Assembly (NCBI RefSeq): GCF_036321535.1 | Contig: NC_087437.1 | Location: 57,104,001-57,168,000, forward strand | DNA: 64,000 nt | Reading direction: 5' to 3' | Source: Camelus dromedarius | Taxonomy: Eukaryota | Shown: in pieces, positions 11,971-25,589 of the stretch | How positions within the stretch are numbered: position 1 is the first letter of the stretch | Layout of the letters: each line of letters begins with the position of its first letter | Notes under the pieces: model-generated | The model's input: the letters and a program-made list of their open reading frames with translations, nothing else | Database searches by the model: none | What the model was told of the DNA's origin: nothing | Program-made: the position numbers and the translations under genes

Positions 11971-13047
11971 AATTGTATTAATGTGGCTGAAAACCAGTAG
12001 ATAATTGGAACCATTTCTCTCATTCTGTTTTCAAAATGTTGTTTCTGTTATAACATCATTTCATTCTCTGAGCACTTGATAGATGAAAAATAAAGAAAAG
12101 AACACAATTTTAGTATGCTAACTTAAGAAAATTCATATCAAGGCAAAGCACTTGTATTCCCAAGGGAAACAATTTAATTTCTTTCTTAAAATTGTCCGTA
12201 TCTACGTATTCAACTGAAATTTAGCAAATGGTGTGATTATGTAAATAAAAGATACTTAAAACTAGAGTTCTTATAAAATATAATTATATATTTTTTAATA
12301 TGGGGCTTTTCTGCAGAGATGTGGTATGGTCCACCAGTCATATAACTTTTCTACTAATGATTTTAAAGTACCAAATTATATGTAATGTTTTAATTGACCT
12401 AGGCTATTCATAAACACAGCACTATGACTTAAATGAAGTAGGTAAAAGCAGATTTCTAAAATCTTTAATTCATTTTTATATGAATTGGGGAATAAATCAA
12501 GACAATATTATTCTTATTCTTACAACATAAACTGGATTGGATTAGCAATAGCCTCGCTACTTTGAAATTAAATTTACTACCAAATTAACATTAATTACAA
12601 TGTGGGAACAAGGACGGACTCCGGAAGTCATTCAAATGGGGTTGGTTAGACGCCCAGATAGAAGCCTCTGCTTCTTAGTCTACAGCTTACTCCAGAGTAT
12701 AGCCTGCTGACTCTTATTTTTATCTTAAAGGGCACCAAGTGACAAATTTCTGAAATAGGTACTCAGTAGTATTAGAGGTTAGCAGGTTTTGGCTTATCAA
12801 ATTAAAATATCGTTTATATGCAAAAATGATTGTCAACTTTTAATAATACATTGCCATTAAATAAATAATATTAAATTCATATCTAGCTCTGCAAAAATCT
12901 TTCGTTGGTTATTTGGAAGGTACTTGCAGATTTAACACTGCTTTCTTTATGATATTTAGTCAGATTTGTATTGTGTATGCTGGATGACATTCTGGTTATT
13001 AGAACACAAAGTAGCAGAGAAGGATGTAAGTGTACTGCTTTGGTGTG

Positions 13048-13480
13048 TGCATTAGTTAGGATTATTTCAGCTACAAACAGCAGGAACTTAACTCAAATTA
13101 GCTTATACCAGAAAAGCTGACTGGCTGGGAAGAATAGGGTAGTTTAGAAGTTAAAAGAAAGAGCTATAGAAAAACAAAGCATCTAGGACAGGAATTATGC
13201 ACTCAGCACTACTAATCTCTCTCTTTCACTCTCTCTCCCTCTCTCCTTATTTATCCTTAACTTCATTCTGCAAAAGGCTTCATTCTTCATATTTTAAATC
13301 AGACATAATCCCTGGCAACTCCTGTATTATTTCCTCTGTTAAGCAACCCATAAAAGAAATGGGAAATCTTTATTCTAGGTTCTATTATTATTAAAGAAGA
13401 TCTTGAATTGGTACAGCTTGGGGCACTTGGCCACAATGGGAGGTAGGGGAATCCTGCAGCAGGATGATACGATTGACATT
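13048..13480 (-). mobile_element. MaLR LTR (old MLT1K/L-like)
   Basis: 'cattagttaggattatttcagctacaaacagcaggaacttaactcaaattagcttata' is a typical antisense MLT1 terminus. Confidence 0.6.
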
Positions 13481-13565
13481 TTTGTAAGAACTACATGCAA
13501 CTGGGGAAGTGTGATTTCTGGAAAGAAAGGATGCTAAATTTTAAAAGGAGGTTAGAGTTAAAAGA

Positions 13566-13635
13566 AGATAGATATATAGATATAGATATAGATATAGATA
13601 TAGATATAGATATAGATATAGATATAGATATAGAT
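13566..13635. repeat. (ATATAG)n hexanucleotide microsatellite, ~11 units
   Basis: Read directly. It gives the ISISIS ORF. Confidence 0.95.
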
Positions 13636-13719
13636 GCCCTGGAGTATTTTTGATGGTATCTGCCAACATAATCTCTCATGGATTATTTATTAGAGATGGC
13701 GTTATCAAATCCTAGTACT

Positions 13720-14490
13720 GACCTAATGTATAAAAATTTTCAAAGACTGAATACTGTAAAACTTAATATGATGAAGATGCTGTAAGATGGGCCTTCATGG
13801 AACTCTATTGGTAGTGTAAATTGGTAAAACTTTTTATGTAAAGCAACTTGATGTTTTAGAACCTTAAAAAATTTCACACTCTTGGATTTGGTAATTCCAT
13901 TTCTGAAAGTGAATTCTAATAATGGATACATGTTTATATGCAACATTGTGAATAATTCTGAAATAAGATAAATGTTGAGCAAAATTGATTTAGTTAAATT
14001 ATAAATATATGATGGGCCAGTGTATGGATTACATGGTATCCTTCTCACACAATTTTGCTAATATATCATGTTTGCAAGGTTGAAGGGAAACAACCGCCCT
14101 AATAAACTGTTGATAAGAATGTAAATTGATGCAAACTTATTGAGAGGAAATTATAAATTATATAATCATGAAAGTATATATCAGAATAAAAAATGCAAAT
14201 ATAGCCTAGCAAATTTATGTCTAGGGATTTATCCTTAGATAGCCTTGTATATACTCAAACAGTGTTCACTGCAATTTTGTCTGCAATAGAAAATATGTGC
14301 AAATAAGTTAAATATCCACTGATAAGGGACATATTTTAAAAATGCAGCACTTAGAAAGGAGTGATCTATCTCTCAATCTGCAAAATATATTCTATAAAAA
14401 AGTAAGACATCAAACGCTGTCGTAGACTCTCACTTATCTAATATGCTATGAATATGTTTGCACGTGTATAGAATTTTTCCGGTAAGATAC
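13720..14490 (+). mobile_element. Old L1ME-like 3' fragments
   Basis: 'tattggtagtgtaaattggtaaaactt', 'gtctagggatttatccttag', 'aaatatccactgataaggg'. Confidence 0.55.
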
Positions 14491-14506
14491 ATAATAGATT
14501 ACAGTT

Positions 14507-14915
14507 GTGTGGTAGACATGACTGATATTTAGTTATATCCAGTTCCCTTTGCTTCTTGGGCATACAGAAGATTATACTTTCCAAACTTTTTGTATTTACT
14601 CAGAATCATGAAACTAGTCCTGGCAAATAAAATGTGACTAGGAGTGATTTCTGAGCTGACAAAAATGGAAAGACTTTTTAAAACTCTCCTGTTTCTCTCT
14701 TTCTGTACTCATGCAGAAGATCTTCTGTTGAAAAGGTGGAGCCACAAGATAAATACAGTTTGGGTGGCTGACTTACATATAAGACAGCTGCCTGAGGGTC
14801 AACAAGACTGGCAGAAAGTTTGTAGGAACCAGAAATAAGCTCTTACTGTGTTAAACCATTATGGATTTCAGGTTTTGTTTACCACAGAATAAATCTAGTC
14901 TAGTCTAACTACTAC
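14507..14915 (+). mobile_element. MaLR LTR (MLT1J-like)
   Basis: Starts TGTGTGGTAGAC and ends 'gaaataagctcttactgtgttaaacca...ctagtctaactactaca'. Confidence 0.75.
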
Positions 14916-14949
14916 AGGCTGTTAATTTGGGGAACTAAATGTATTTAAA

Positions 14950-15380
14950 ATTGGCTTACCTTTGTAATATATAAACTCCAAATTGTCTAATGGCTCAAAT
15001 GCAATAGAAGTCTATTTTTTTTGTTGTTCATTTATCAATCCATGGAGATTCTGTACTAATTTTAATGACAGAAGTGACCATCTCTTACTTCAGAGAGTCA
15101 TTCAGGAACTCAAGGTGATCAAGTTTGTAGTCTCTTTTCCCTGTGGCTTCCAAAGTTTTCTTGGATATTAAAATTCAGCTGGAAGAAGGGCAAAGATCAC
15201 AGAGAATGGCATGTGGAAATTTTTTATGGAAAAGCCTGGAGGTGACACATTACACTTTTACTTATTGGCTAGGAAATTATCATGAGGCCATAGCTAACTG
15301 CCAGTGAGACTGAAAATATGATTTGGCTGTGTGCCCAGGAAAAGATGAAATGAATTTTGTTGAACACAATTTTTCTGCCA
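14950..15380 (-). mobile_element. MaLR LTR (MLT1J-like)
   Basis: 'gtcattcaggaactcaagg...ctaactgccagtgagactgaaaatatg...gctgtgtgcccaggaaaag'. Confidence 0.75.
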
Positions 15381-18029
15381 TGGATGGAGAGACTTTTTAT
15401 TATAAAATCAGTGATTACTCTTTGAATTTAAAACAATAGGAATATTTTATTTTTGCATAAAAATCATCACAAATGACATGAAAAATACTCAGTGTAATTT
15501 TTGCTTTAATTTTGTGAGTGTTTTGATGTTTTTTAAGTTAAATGCATGCCATTTATGGAAAATGTAGAAAGTAAGGTAAAAATAAGTAAGCAGAAGATGT
15601 CATCCAATAACCCCCATGATCACACCGTAACAATCGTATTAGGGTACATGAAATTACAAGCCCCGTTTTACAATTGAAGATGCCAACCCCCAGGGATTTT
15701 AGGAAACTTATCATATCTAGAAAGTGGTAGAGCTTTGAAGAAAGAAGAGCCAAGGACGCTTTCCTGAGGAGGCTAGAAATTGAATTATTGATAAAGAAAC
15801 ACATTTTACAAGTTATTTTAGAATTTTGCATTTCTGATTACAAGGCAAGAGAAATAATGCAACCAGCTTTAAAGATTTTGTGGTTGAGGGATAAATGAGA
15901 TACCCACATGTAACTGTCCCATAGGCTGTATGAACCTGGGTAGTGGAAAGAAGACCGGTCAGGATGTTGAGATTTATGTGTCACAGTGGCGGGGGTTCAG
16001 AGCATTAGTATTAAAGGTCATGGAGTTAAGGAGAGGCAGAATCCTGAGCTACAATACAGTTTATGAGTTAGATGTTTTTGTGATTTGTTGAAGGCTAGAA
16101 TTGGGTTTTGTTTCTTTTCTTAAAGCTCTGGTCTGTTTCCTTGAAGATCTCCCACTGGAACAGTTAAGAGTTGGAGGCAGCATGAGAGGCTGGACAAGAG
16201 TCTACATGGTGAATGTGGCAACTAGTTGATTGCCTGATATTAAAAACAGCCAGGTGTTCAGTTCTCCTGAGCCCCGAGGTTATTATTCTTAACCACTGTG
16301 TGAACATCCATTCCTATAAGCAGCAAAAGACAGACAACTTGCAGAATTTATTTTCCTTTGAGACCTGTTACTAATTAGCTTTATGAACTAGGAAAAATTA
16401 CTTTTCCACGCAGGGTTCTGATTTCCTTATATCAAAAATGGTAGACTAGACTACATCATCTTTAACTACCTTCCAGGTCTAAAACTCAGAGTCTATGATG
16501 AATCATCATCATTCTAAACTACCCAAACTTGATGTTTTCTTCTGATTTTATAGAAATTATTACTTTTGTTTTCATTCTACATAAATGTCTCATCACTCCT
16601 ATTAGACCATAATCACCGTAGGTCAGAAAAGCGACAACTATCTCTGTGTCTTCCTTGGTATCTAGTACAGAAACTTGCACATAGTAGGAATCAGTACAAA
16701 TTTAAATAAGAAACAAAGACATACGTTTCCAAACTGGCAACTTGGCGGGGTGTACTGATTTCTCTGGTAATAATGTGCTAAAGTTTGCGTCTATGGTCAT
16801 GAAGAGCATATTCTAGAATCATTGTACTTAGCGCATTATGCTGCCAGAACAATTGTAGACTAAGATTTGAGTAGCCCAACAATATTTCTCATGTTTAGAA
16901 TACTAATGTACAAAAAAATCTCTGAAAGATATACCTCAAGTATCCGCTGCCTGGAGAAGTCTCCTGATTGCATATTGTGCTGTGGTTGGCAATATTCACT
17001 TCTATTCACTCCTTGGAACCTTGGCCCTACACTTCTTGGACAGCTTGTCAGGAATAAATCTTGTCAAGGAGGGATTTCCCTTTGGAGAACTTCACACAGC
17101 TTGTGTCACTAGTGAGGAAGAAAGGAAAACATAGCATGCTTGCTTCATCCAATTAACAAAGATGTGTCGGTTGTTTTGCCATGCAGCTGGGCAAGTGGCA
17201 ATGGAGGAAGTTAATTTTATGATCTATGAAAACTTCTCATTTGTGGTGACAAACTCAGGAACTCAAAAGAGTGCTGTTAACTCTCTTTAAACCATATCCA
17301 ATTTCTTTGCTTTGATAACTGCAACAATGAAAAAAAAGTCTCTTTCCTTGTGTAAGCAGGAATGGTTTAGTATATGCACAACAGGTTAGAAATGACTGAA
17401 TAATTCATTAACATGGATCTTAATAGAAAATTTAAGTTTATATCTTTCTCTTTGGCATTTAGACCTGTTATATGGTGTTACACAAAAGGTATTAAAATTT
17501 TAGTTGTAAAAATGTTGGAAAAAGTATGAAATCTATTATTTGTAGGCTGTGAGTGCTAGTTATTTCACTGTCTGGGGCCTCAGTTGTCTCATACATAAGT
17601 GACTTTAATAGTACTATATCTTCTTTGTTGTCATAGTATCATTTTGAGGATCACTGTATATCCATTAGTCAAGTTATAAAACCCAAAGTGTCATATTAAT
17701 ATAGATGTGTATATTGTCAGCTAAATTTTACCATTTACCATTTAATATTACCATTGTCAGCTAATTATTACTCCCAATTACTTGCAATCACTTATAAAAT
17801 AGAGTCTTACATCTTTACTGGGTTGTGCGAGTAATGAGACATTTTCATACAGACGCATACTCAGAACTCTGCCATGCCTTATAAGCATGCACTAGTTTTA
17901 CCAGTTTTACTGATAAGAAAAGTGAGATACAAGTGTCTTCAGAGACTTTTCTCAGTAATGCTAACCAAGCCTTAAGATTCTGTGGTACTTTAATCCAAAT
18001 CTACTATTTTCTGTTTCTTCTATGCTTTT

Positions 18030-18735
18030 TTAAATAGGGTGATTGAGGGACACTATCTGTTGGGATGGAGTTTGGGTAGATCCCTGAATGAAGTGAGGCA
18101 GCAAGCCATACCAAGGTGTGGGCAAAGGGCACTCCAAGATGAGAAACCAGCATGTAATATCATTAAGTCTAGTATTACTGAAGTCGAATGAAAGAGAAAA
18201 AGTGGATAGAGAGAAAGTCAAAGATATGGGCAGTTGTCTGACTATGAATTCCCTCAGACCATGGTAAGAATTTGAATTATATTCTAAGAGTGGTAAAATG
18301 CCATTTGAAGTCTAAATAAGGAAGCAACATGATCTGTTTTATATTAAAAATGAAGCATTCTAGCTCTTGTGTGGAGCATACAATTCAGCCACATAGAAGT
18401 GAAAGCAGGAGCAATGTTGCACGGGTAAGAGTAGGCTAGAACTTGGACTAGGGGAATAGCAGTTGGGATAATGAAGAATAATCAGATTTGGTTGATTTTT
18501 TGAGTAATGCCAACAATTATATGGATTTGTTGAGAATAAAGATTGAGAGAAGGAGTAACAAATGATGTCTCAGTTTTTTGGCATGAGCAACAGTGCTAAT
18601 GGTGGGGGACGCTTAGGGAGAAGTGAGTTTGGAGGTAGAAACCCTGTGAGCTATAAAAGCTTATATATTAAGTTAGAGGTGCTTAGACATCCAAGTGAAC
18701 AGTCACATGGTTGTAAGTATTTTGAGCTCAGATAA
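18030..18735 (-). mobile_element. L2 relic (antisense)
   Basis: Purine-rich L2 antisense phrases 'ccatggtaagaatttgaattatattctaagag' and 'ttagacatccaagtgaacag'. Confidence 0.7.
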
Positions 18736-18839
18736 TAAAAACAACAATAAAGAAAAACTCATATAGCCCTTGCTATCTGCCAGGCATATGTTTAAATGCT
18801 TTGCGTGCATCAACTCATTTAATGGATTCGTAATGCTTT

Positions 18840-19200
18840 GTATAGGATGTCTGACTGCAGGGTGTCAGAATACCTGAGAAATTACAGCTTAAGCAAAGAA
18901 GCTATCTAATAACCTCATATGACAACATATCTTCGGAGTTGGTTCCAGGTTGGATTACCTTTGATGATACGGAGTATCCAGACTTATACTAATTTTCTAT
19001 TCTGCCATCTGAACATGTTCCCTTTTTCTCTTTAAGCTTATTGCCTGATGGCTGCATCAGCTTCAATAAGCAAGAGCTTTTACATTTGCATTCAAGGCAG
19101 GATGAATGGACCAAGCCAATTAAGCAGGGGCTTTTCTTTATCAGAGAGGAAAATCTTCCCTTAGGGGGCACTGATCAGACTGATGGATCCTTATTTCTTA
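18840..19200 (-). mobile_element. Old MaLR LTR relic (MLT1L/O-like)
   Basis: 'cagcttaagcaaag', 'ctattctgccatc', 'ttgcattcaaggcagga', 'ctttatcagagaggaaaatcttccc'. Confidence 0.5.
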
Positions 19201-21214
19201 TTGGACTGCTTTTTTTTTTCCCCCAAAGGAATTAATGAAAGAAATTACCTCTTTTTACTGCTTTTAATCAGGGATTTGCAGTTGATGTCTTACGGGAGGG
19301 AAATATGTATTGGGTTAAAACACAGCTGAAAACAATAAAAAAAAAAATGACAATCACAATCTCTTACCATACCCTACCAAGTATATTTGTGGTTAGTGGA
19401 TATGTGTGTATAGATATGTGTGTTTAGATATGTGTGTTTAAATGTGTTTGTGAAGATCACTTAGAAATTATTTTTAATGAAATGTCTCAAAATTCAGGAA
19501 ACTTGAAATTAGAGTAAGCCACACCCATATCTCAAGATTCATATCACACAACTGATCTTTGCCAAGAGATTCAACTTCCCTTTTACAGGAGCCTATTAAT
19601 AGTAGAGAAATCTATAGATAACAAATAAATATGAATATCCTTGGAATTAGTCATGTAAGAGATGTAAGATACTGGAAATACCAGGAGATTTTTTCCCTAG
19701 GTATAATCATTATTAGTTGTAATTTGTTGTAATTGCATATTTCTCTTGCCTTCCAAAAGGCATTTTAAAAATTAGAGGTTGATTCTGTAAAACTCACCTC
19801 CATACTGTACATTTTGCCTCACCTGCTTTTATCTCCGGGGGAGGAAATGGCTAAGTTAACGAGGAGTTTAAAGGAGGGGAATTTTCAAAGAAAAGTAATG
19901 AGAAGCAGTTCCCTTTGGACATGTTCCTAATATTTAATACAGGAAACCTTCAGTGGTCTTTTAAGAGTGGCAGAAATTATCATGATGTAGGCAAAGTTTC
20001 TGGGTAACCCAATGATATCAGACTTAGCGTGGAACTTTCCACATAGTAGGCAGAATGCATGTCACTGATTTTTATGGCAGTCAGCATGATATATAGCAAA
20101 TGGACTGACTGGCATTTTAATATTTCTTCTGCTCTTTTAAGCATTCCATTCATAGCATGATATTCTAGCCTGGCGGCCTTGTCAGAATCTGAGGCTCAGA
20201 GAGGTGAATTAATTGATCAAAGTCATATATTAGCAGAACAAGAACAAAACTTCATTATCTAACCTCAAGGTCAGCACTGAAGTTGGTAAAAGCCAATTAA
20301 TGATGTTTTTCCTGCTCAAGATTTACCTGAAACTTAGGTCATTCTGAAGAATTATATTGAGGATAAAGAATCACTAAAAGAGGGGGCTCATTCTCTTGGT
20401 ATTGAGTATTACATCCTGAATAGCTATTATGTACTGAAGATGGCTGTCTGTAGGACTTACTCTGCTTCCAGAACAGTGTAGATTCATTTGGGAAAGAAAC
20501 TGAACAAGAAAATACATTACCTCTTCTGAGAAAAAGCTGGAACCTCCCTTGTCCTCCTGCTGTGTACTGACAGAAGGAAGCTCTCCGAGAAACCTTATGA
20601 AGGACTAGTTATTGATTATGCCTTCTGCTAAGAAATACCATCTCCACTATTATAGTGGGAAAATACAACTCAGTTCAAGCTTAGCACCAATATCATCTAT
20701 TACGTATGGTTCCCCTCCAAGTAGAATTATTGCTTCATTTCAGTGGTCTGTGTACATGGAAATTGTCCTAGAATTTCCAGGTACCTACACTACCAGAGAC
20801 ATACTTGATGCTTCCTGTGTTCCTTTTTCCCCCAAAAGAATCCCATTAGACTGTCAGATGCAGCTTGCAAATCAACAAATTTCTTAAGGAAAAAAAAGAT
20901 AAGTGTACTAAATGTTGCACCCACCTTTCTGGGCTCCTCTCCTCTCTGTGTTGGCCTCTCAAGTCTGATGGTTTTAGAAAATATTGGTGATACCATCAAG
21001 TAGGTCCTTTTAAATATGATTTGCATGCTTTCTATCTGTTCTCAGAAGAATAGTTGATCTACAGTAATCTAGGCTACCATTATCAGGAACAGAAATTATT
21101 ATTCTTATATATGAAAGTAGCAAAACCAAGCCAAAATTAGAGGTATATGTAAATATTTTTTTCATACCGACTTTCTTGAGCAAAATGTCCACCTAAGAAA
21201 CTGTGTTTATTTAA

Positions 21215-24200
21215 AATGTGTAATTTGACAGCTGTATACATTTGTATACAAACTCACCATTACATGATATACAACATTTTAATCATCCCTGAAATATCCT
21301 TCTTGCGCCTTTACAGTCAGTCCTTCCCTCCACTCTCAGATGCAAGCAACCACATACATGATTATAGATTAGTTTGCATTTTTATAAAGGAAATCATCTC
21401 ATACTATCATCTTTTGTGTTTAGCAGCTTTCTCTCAACAAAAATATTTTGAGATTTATCTATGTCGTTGTGGGTGTCAGTATGCTTTCCTACTGTTGAAC
21501 AGAATTCCGTTGAGTGGGTAACATTTACTTTTTACTTTATTGGTTCACCCGATGATGAATGTTGCCTTATTTTCATTTTGGAGTATTGCAAATGATTGTA
21601 TTATCAGCAATTATATATATACATCTTTGCATGGACTTCTGGTTTTATTGCCTTTTGTAAATATCTGAGAGTGAAATGGCTAAGTCATATGGACACAGTA
21701 TTATGAACTTTATAAGAAACTGACTGTTTTTATCAGTTATATCATTTTGCATTCCCACCAGTGGTTTCTGAGACTGTCTGTTGCTCCACATCCTAGCCAA
21801 CATTTGATATTATTAATCTTTTTAATTTTCATTGCTTTTATGGGTGGCTGTAGTAGTTCATTGTGTTTTAGTTTGCTTTTTTTTAATGATCAATGATGTT
21901 GACTACTTTTTATGTATTTATTGGCTTTTCATATATCTTGTTTTGTAAATTGCCGGTTCAGATCTTTTGAACATTAAAAAATGAGAGTATGTTTTGCTGA
22001 GTTGTAAGATTTGTTTATATTTTCTAGGTAAATGTTATTTGATATATATGTCTTATATATGTACATTTATGTATATGTCCTATGATTACACCTTATATAT
22101 TTTATTTAAGTTGTACTTGCTTACCCTTAAGTCTCCAAGATTATTTTTGTCTTAAATTAGATATTTTATTGTTTTGGTGTTTATATTTAGGCCTTTAATC
22201 AATTTAAATTAATTTTGTGTGAGTTAAGGTTGAGTTTTTTTTTTTTAATTTTCAAACTTATTTTGAGTTGTTTCAGTGCCATCTTTTGAAAATACATTTT
22301 TTTTTCCCTATTGAATTGGCTTGGCAACCTTTTTGAAAATCAGTCTATCATATATCTTCATGTCTATTTTCTGGATACTCTAATTTGTTCCATTGATCTA
22401 TGTATCTATCCTGGGCCAGTACTCCACTGTTTTGATTATTATAGTGTTATTGTAATTTTCAGAGTCTGGTGGTGTAGGTCATCCAGGTTTGCTTTTGTTT
22501 AACATGCTTTCACTATTCTAGGTTGTCTGCATTTCTATATACATTTTAAAATCAACCTTTCAATTTCTATAAACAAGTTTTCTAGACTTTATATTGAGAT
22601 TTCATTGAATTTGTATATCACTTTGGAGAGATTTTGCATCTTATTAATATCGATTCTTCCAATCTGTGAATGTGTAGCATTTCTCTATTATTTTAGATTT
22701 TTGTTAATTTCTCTAATTCTCTATAGTTTACAATGTAAAGATCTTGTACATATTTTATTAAATTATTTTATTAAGTTTTTATTTAAGCATTTTATGATTT
22801 GAGTGTAAATGCAAATTTTTTAAAATTTCATTTTACATATGTTTGCTGCAGTTGATTTTCTATATTAACCTTGTATATTAAAGAAATTATCATAAATTAT
22901 TTTTATATTTAACCATATATTGACTACTTTAAATCTTTATTCATTTAAATTTTATTCATTCTTAAACATTTGAGTTTGCCCTGATACCAATTCTCTTTGA
23001 GCCTGAAGAATTTTAATTACAATTTCCATAGTTTTGCTTTATTTCAAAATGTCCTTTTTTGACTCAATTATATTTTTACCTGATATAGAATTTTGGGTTA
23101 AGTTAGTTTTTTCCTTTCTAGACTTTAAATATCTTGTTTCACTGTTGTCTGTCTTTAATGGTTTCTGATGTCATATCCACCATCACTTGAATCATTGTTC
23201 CACTGGCTGTAAAGTTTTCTTATTCTCTGGGTGCTTTCAACACTGTCTCCATACCTTTGGCTTTCAGCAGTTTGACTATGATGATATGTTGAGGTAAGAT
23301 TTTTTTCAAATTTATCTTGTTTGGGGTTTGCTGATCTTTTGGGATCAATAACTGTGTATCTTTCATCAGATCTGGCAAGTTTTAGATCACTATTTCTTCA
23401 AAAATTTTCTGCCCCAAACTTGCTCCTTTTCTTTCTGGAACTCTGCCTGTGTGTTTTGAAATTACCTGCAGGCTGCTTAGGCCCAGTTTATATTTTTTCA
23501 CAATCTTTTTTCTCTCTCCTTCAAGTTGGATTATTTCTATTGATCTGTATTCAAGTTCACTTAGATTCCTTTGTCTTCTCCATTTTGCTACTTAATCTTA
23601 ACCAAGAAATTTGTATTTTAGATCTTTATTTTTCAATTCTACTATTTCTGTTTTATTCCTTTTGATATTTTCTAAATATGTGGTGAGACGTCCAATTTTT
23701 TAAAGTCTATTTTTCTTTATCTCACTGAGCATAGCTATAATAACTGTATTTAAAGTTCTTGTGTGATAATTCCAACATCTGGTCATCTTAGGGTTGACAT
23801 CTTTGGTTTTCTTTTTCCTTCAGAATGGGTCATTGTGTCTGGCTCTTTGTACATGAGGTTTTGGATTGGATTTGGGGCATTGTGAATGTTATGTTGTGTA
23901 GGTTCTAAATTTTGTTACACTACTATAAATAATGTTGGTACTTTGGTTTAGCAGAAAATTAACTTAGTCTCAAATTAAACTCAAAATAAACTGTAGTGGC
24001 AGTGTCTCAGATTATACTTGAGTTCTTCGTATCTTACCTCCTAATTGCTTTCAGTTTGCCCAAGTATCAGAGATTCAGGTTTTAGGGATTTCTTTTCTCT
24101 GGATTTTTCCTTTGCAGAAGCCCTCGTTTCATTGGATTCTCTTCTCTGATTCTGCTGCCAAATGGACGGTGATTTTTTTCCTAGCAAAGTTATAACCACC

Positions 24201-24430
24201 CCATACCCAGTACTTCTGCTGTGATTTCTTTCTGTGCAGAGCAGCTAAAAAAGAATGTGCTCACTCCCTCCTGGCACATGCTCCAAGTTTCAGTTCCCCT
24301 TCAAAGGATGCTTGCTTAGCTTCCATCGCCAGTACCCTCAGGTAGTTGTGTTTTGAGAGTCAATAGCTCTCATTTGTGGGAAGATCAGTTTATTAGGTGC
24401 TTACTCCTGGATGCTGGAAACAGAATTTTG
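21215..24430 (-). mobile_element. Old L1ME-like element (3' UTR, ORF2 and upstream remnants)
   Basis: Long T-rich antisense L1 sequence: 'ttgcattcccaccagtgg', 'ctccacatcctagccaacatttg', 'ctttggctttcagcagtttgactatgatg'. Confidence 0.75.
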
Positions 24431-24689
24431 GTATACATTTCATGATAACACCACCAAGAGGTCCATTTTCTACATATTTTTAGCCATTTTTCATTCAAAA
24501 ATCCTTTAATATCTTTTATTCCAATAAGTAAAGTAATAAAGATGGACAAATTATATTTCTCTGAGTTGTTGTATGTGCATGCAAATTGTACCATAGTCAG
24601 AATATTTCCTGCTCTCCCCCTCTTCTGCTCTGAAACTTTACCTATGGAAAAATTAGTTTATTGATCCTATCAGTATAAGTCTTTAGCCA

Positions 24690-24916
24690 GTGATACATGG
24701 GCAGAAGTTACTTGGATGACTTTCCAGCGGGGGGAAAAAAATTAGAACTGTTACATTGCCCTACCATCTTTCTTATTGCAGTGAAACAATTATCAATTAT
24801 ATCCCACCCTGAAGTGAACATGAACATGAGTGAGAAAGGAATCTTTGTCACCTTAAGCCTAAGATTTTGTGGTCATTTGTTACTATAACATAACTTGGCC
24901 TAAGTTAACTGACACA
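24690..24916 (+). mobile_element. MLT1 LTR 3' part
   Basis: 'catgagtgagaaaggaatctttgtcaccttaagcc...atttgttactataacataacttggcctaagttaactgacaca'. Confidence 0.65.
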
Positions 24917-25589
24917 GATATGCCGTGTAATTTAGCCTAAGCTAACAGTGTATATGCATATAAGACAGTGTATATGAATATGAGACTGAAGATAGTTTTT
25001 CATTATATATATTAATAATGCAGACAGCAATAATAACAAAAAACACTGGTTTTACTAAATAATTTTGTGTTTCTTCAGAAGGAAGAAGCATGGAATAGTA
25101 GGCAAAACTCTACACTAAGAGTGAGATGAACCCAATACTGTTCCCTATTTAGACACTACCTTGTCGTATTACCACTTGAAAGACACTTACCTCTTTACCC
25201 TTTGGTGTTCCTATTCGTATAATAATGTTGCCTTCATAACCTCTGAGGATCTGCTAGCTTTAACAGATCCAAGATTTGATGAATGACAGTAAAACAAGGT
25301 TCACAGTCACTACTGCAGAGCCTGTCTACAGTGAGGTACTTGGAATAATATCACAAAAGAAAACTGTGTACAAAAATGTGGCACTCCAACCTGTATATTA
25401 AGACATTTATTTCTGCTTAAAAATTCCATGATACCTCTTACTCTTTTTCTGTGCCATAAACAGGGGTGTGTTGCAACTATTTGTGATGTAAAACAATCGT
25501 TGGTTTTCAAAATATCTACAGACATAAAGTAGGCTGAGAAAACTGCTCAATTGCCAAGAAGGTAATATTCTTCTAGACAAAGGCTGCTC

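Noticed and set aside
13491..13679. ORF with an ISISIS repeat
   Set aside because: It is the translation of the (ATATAG)n microsatellite.
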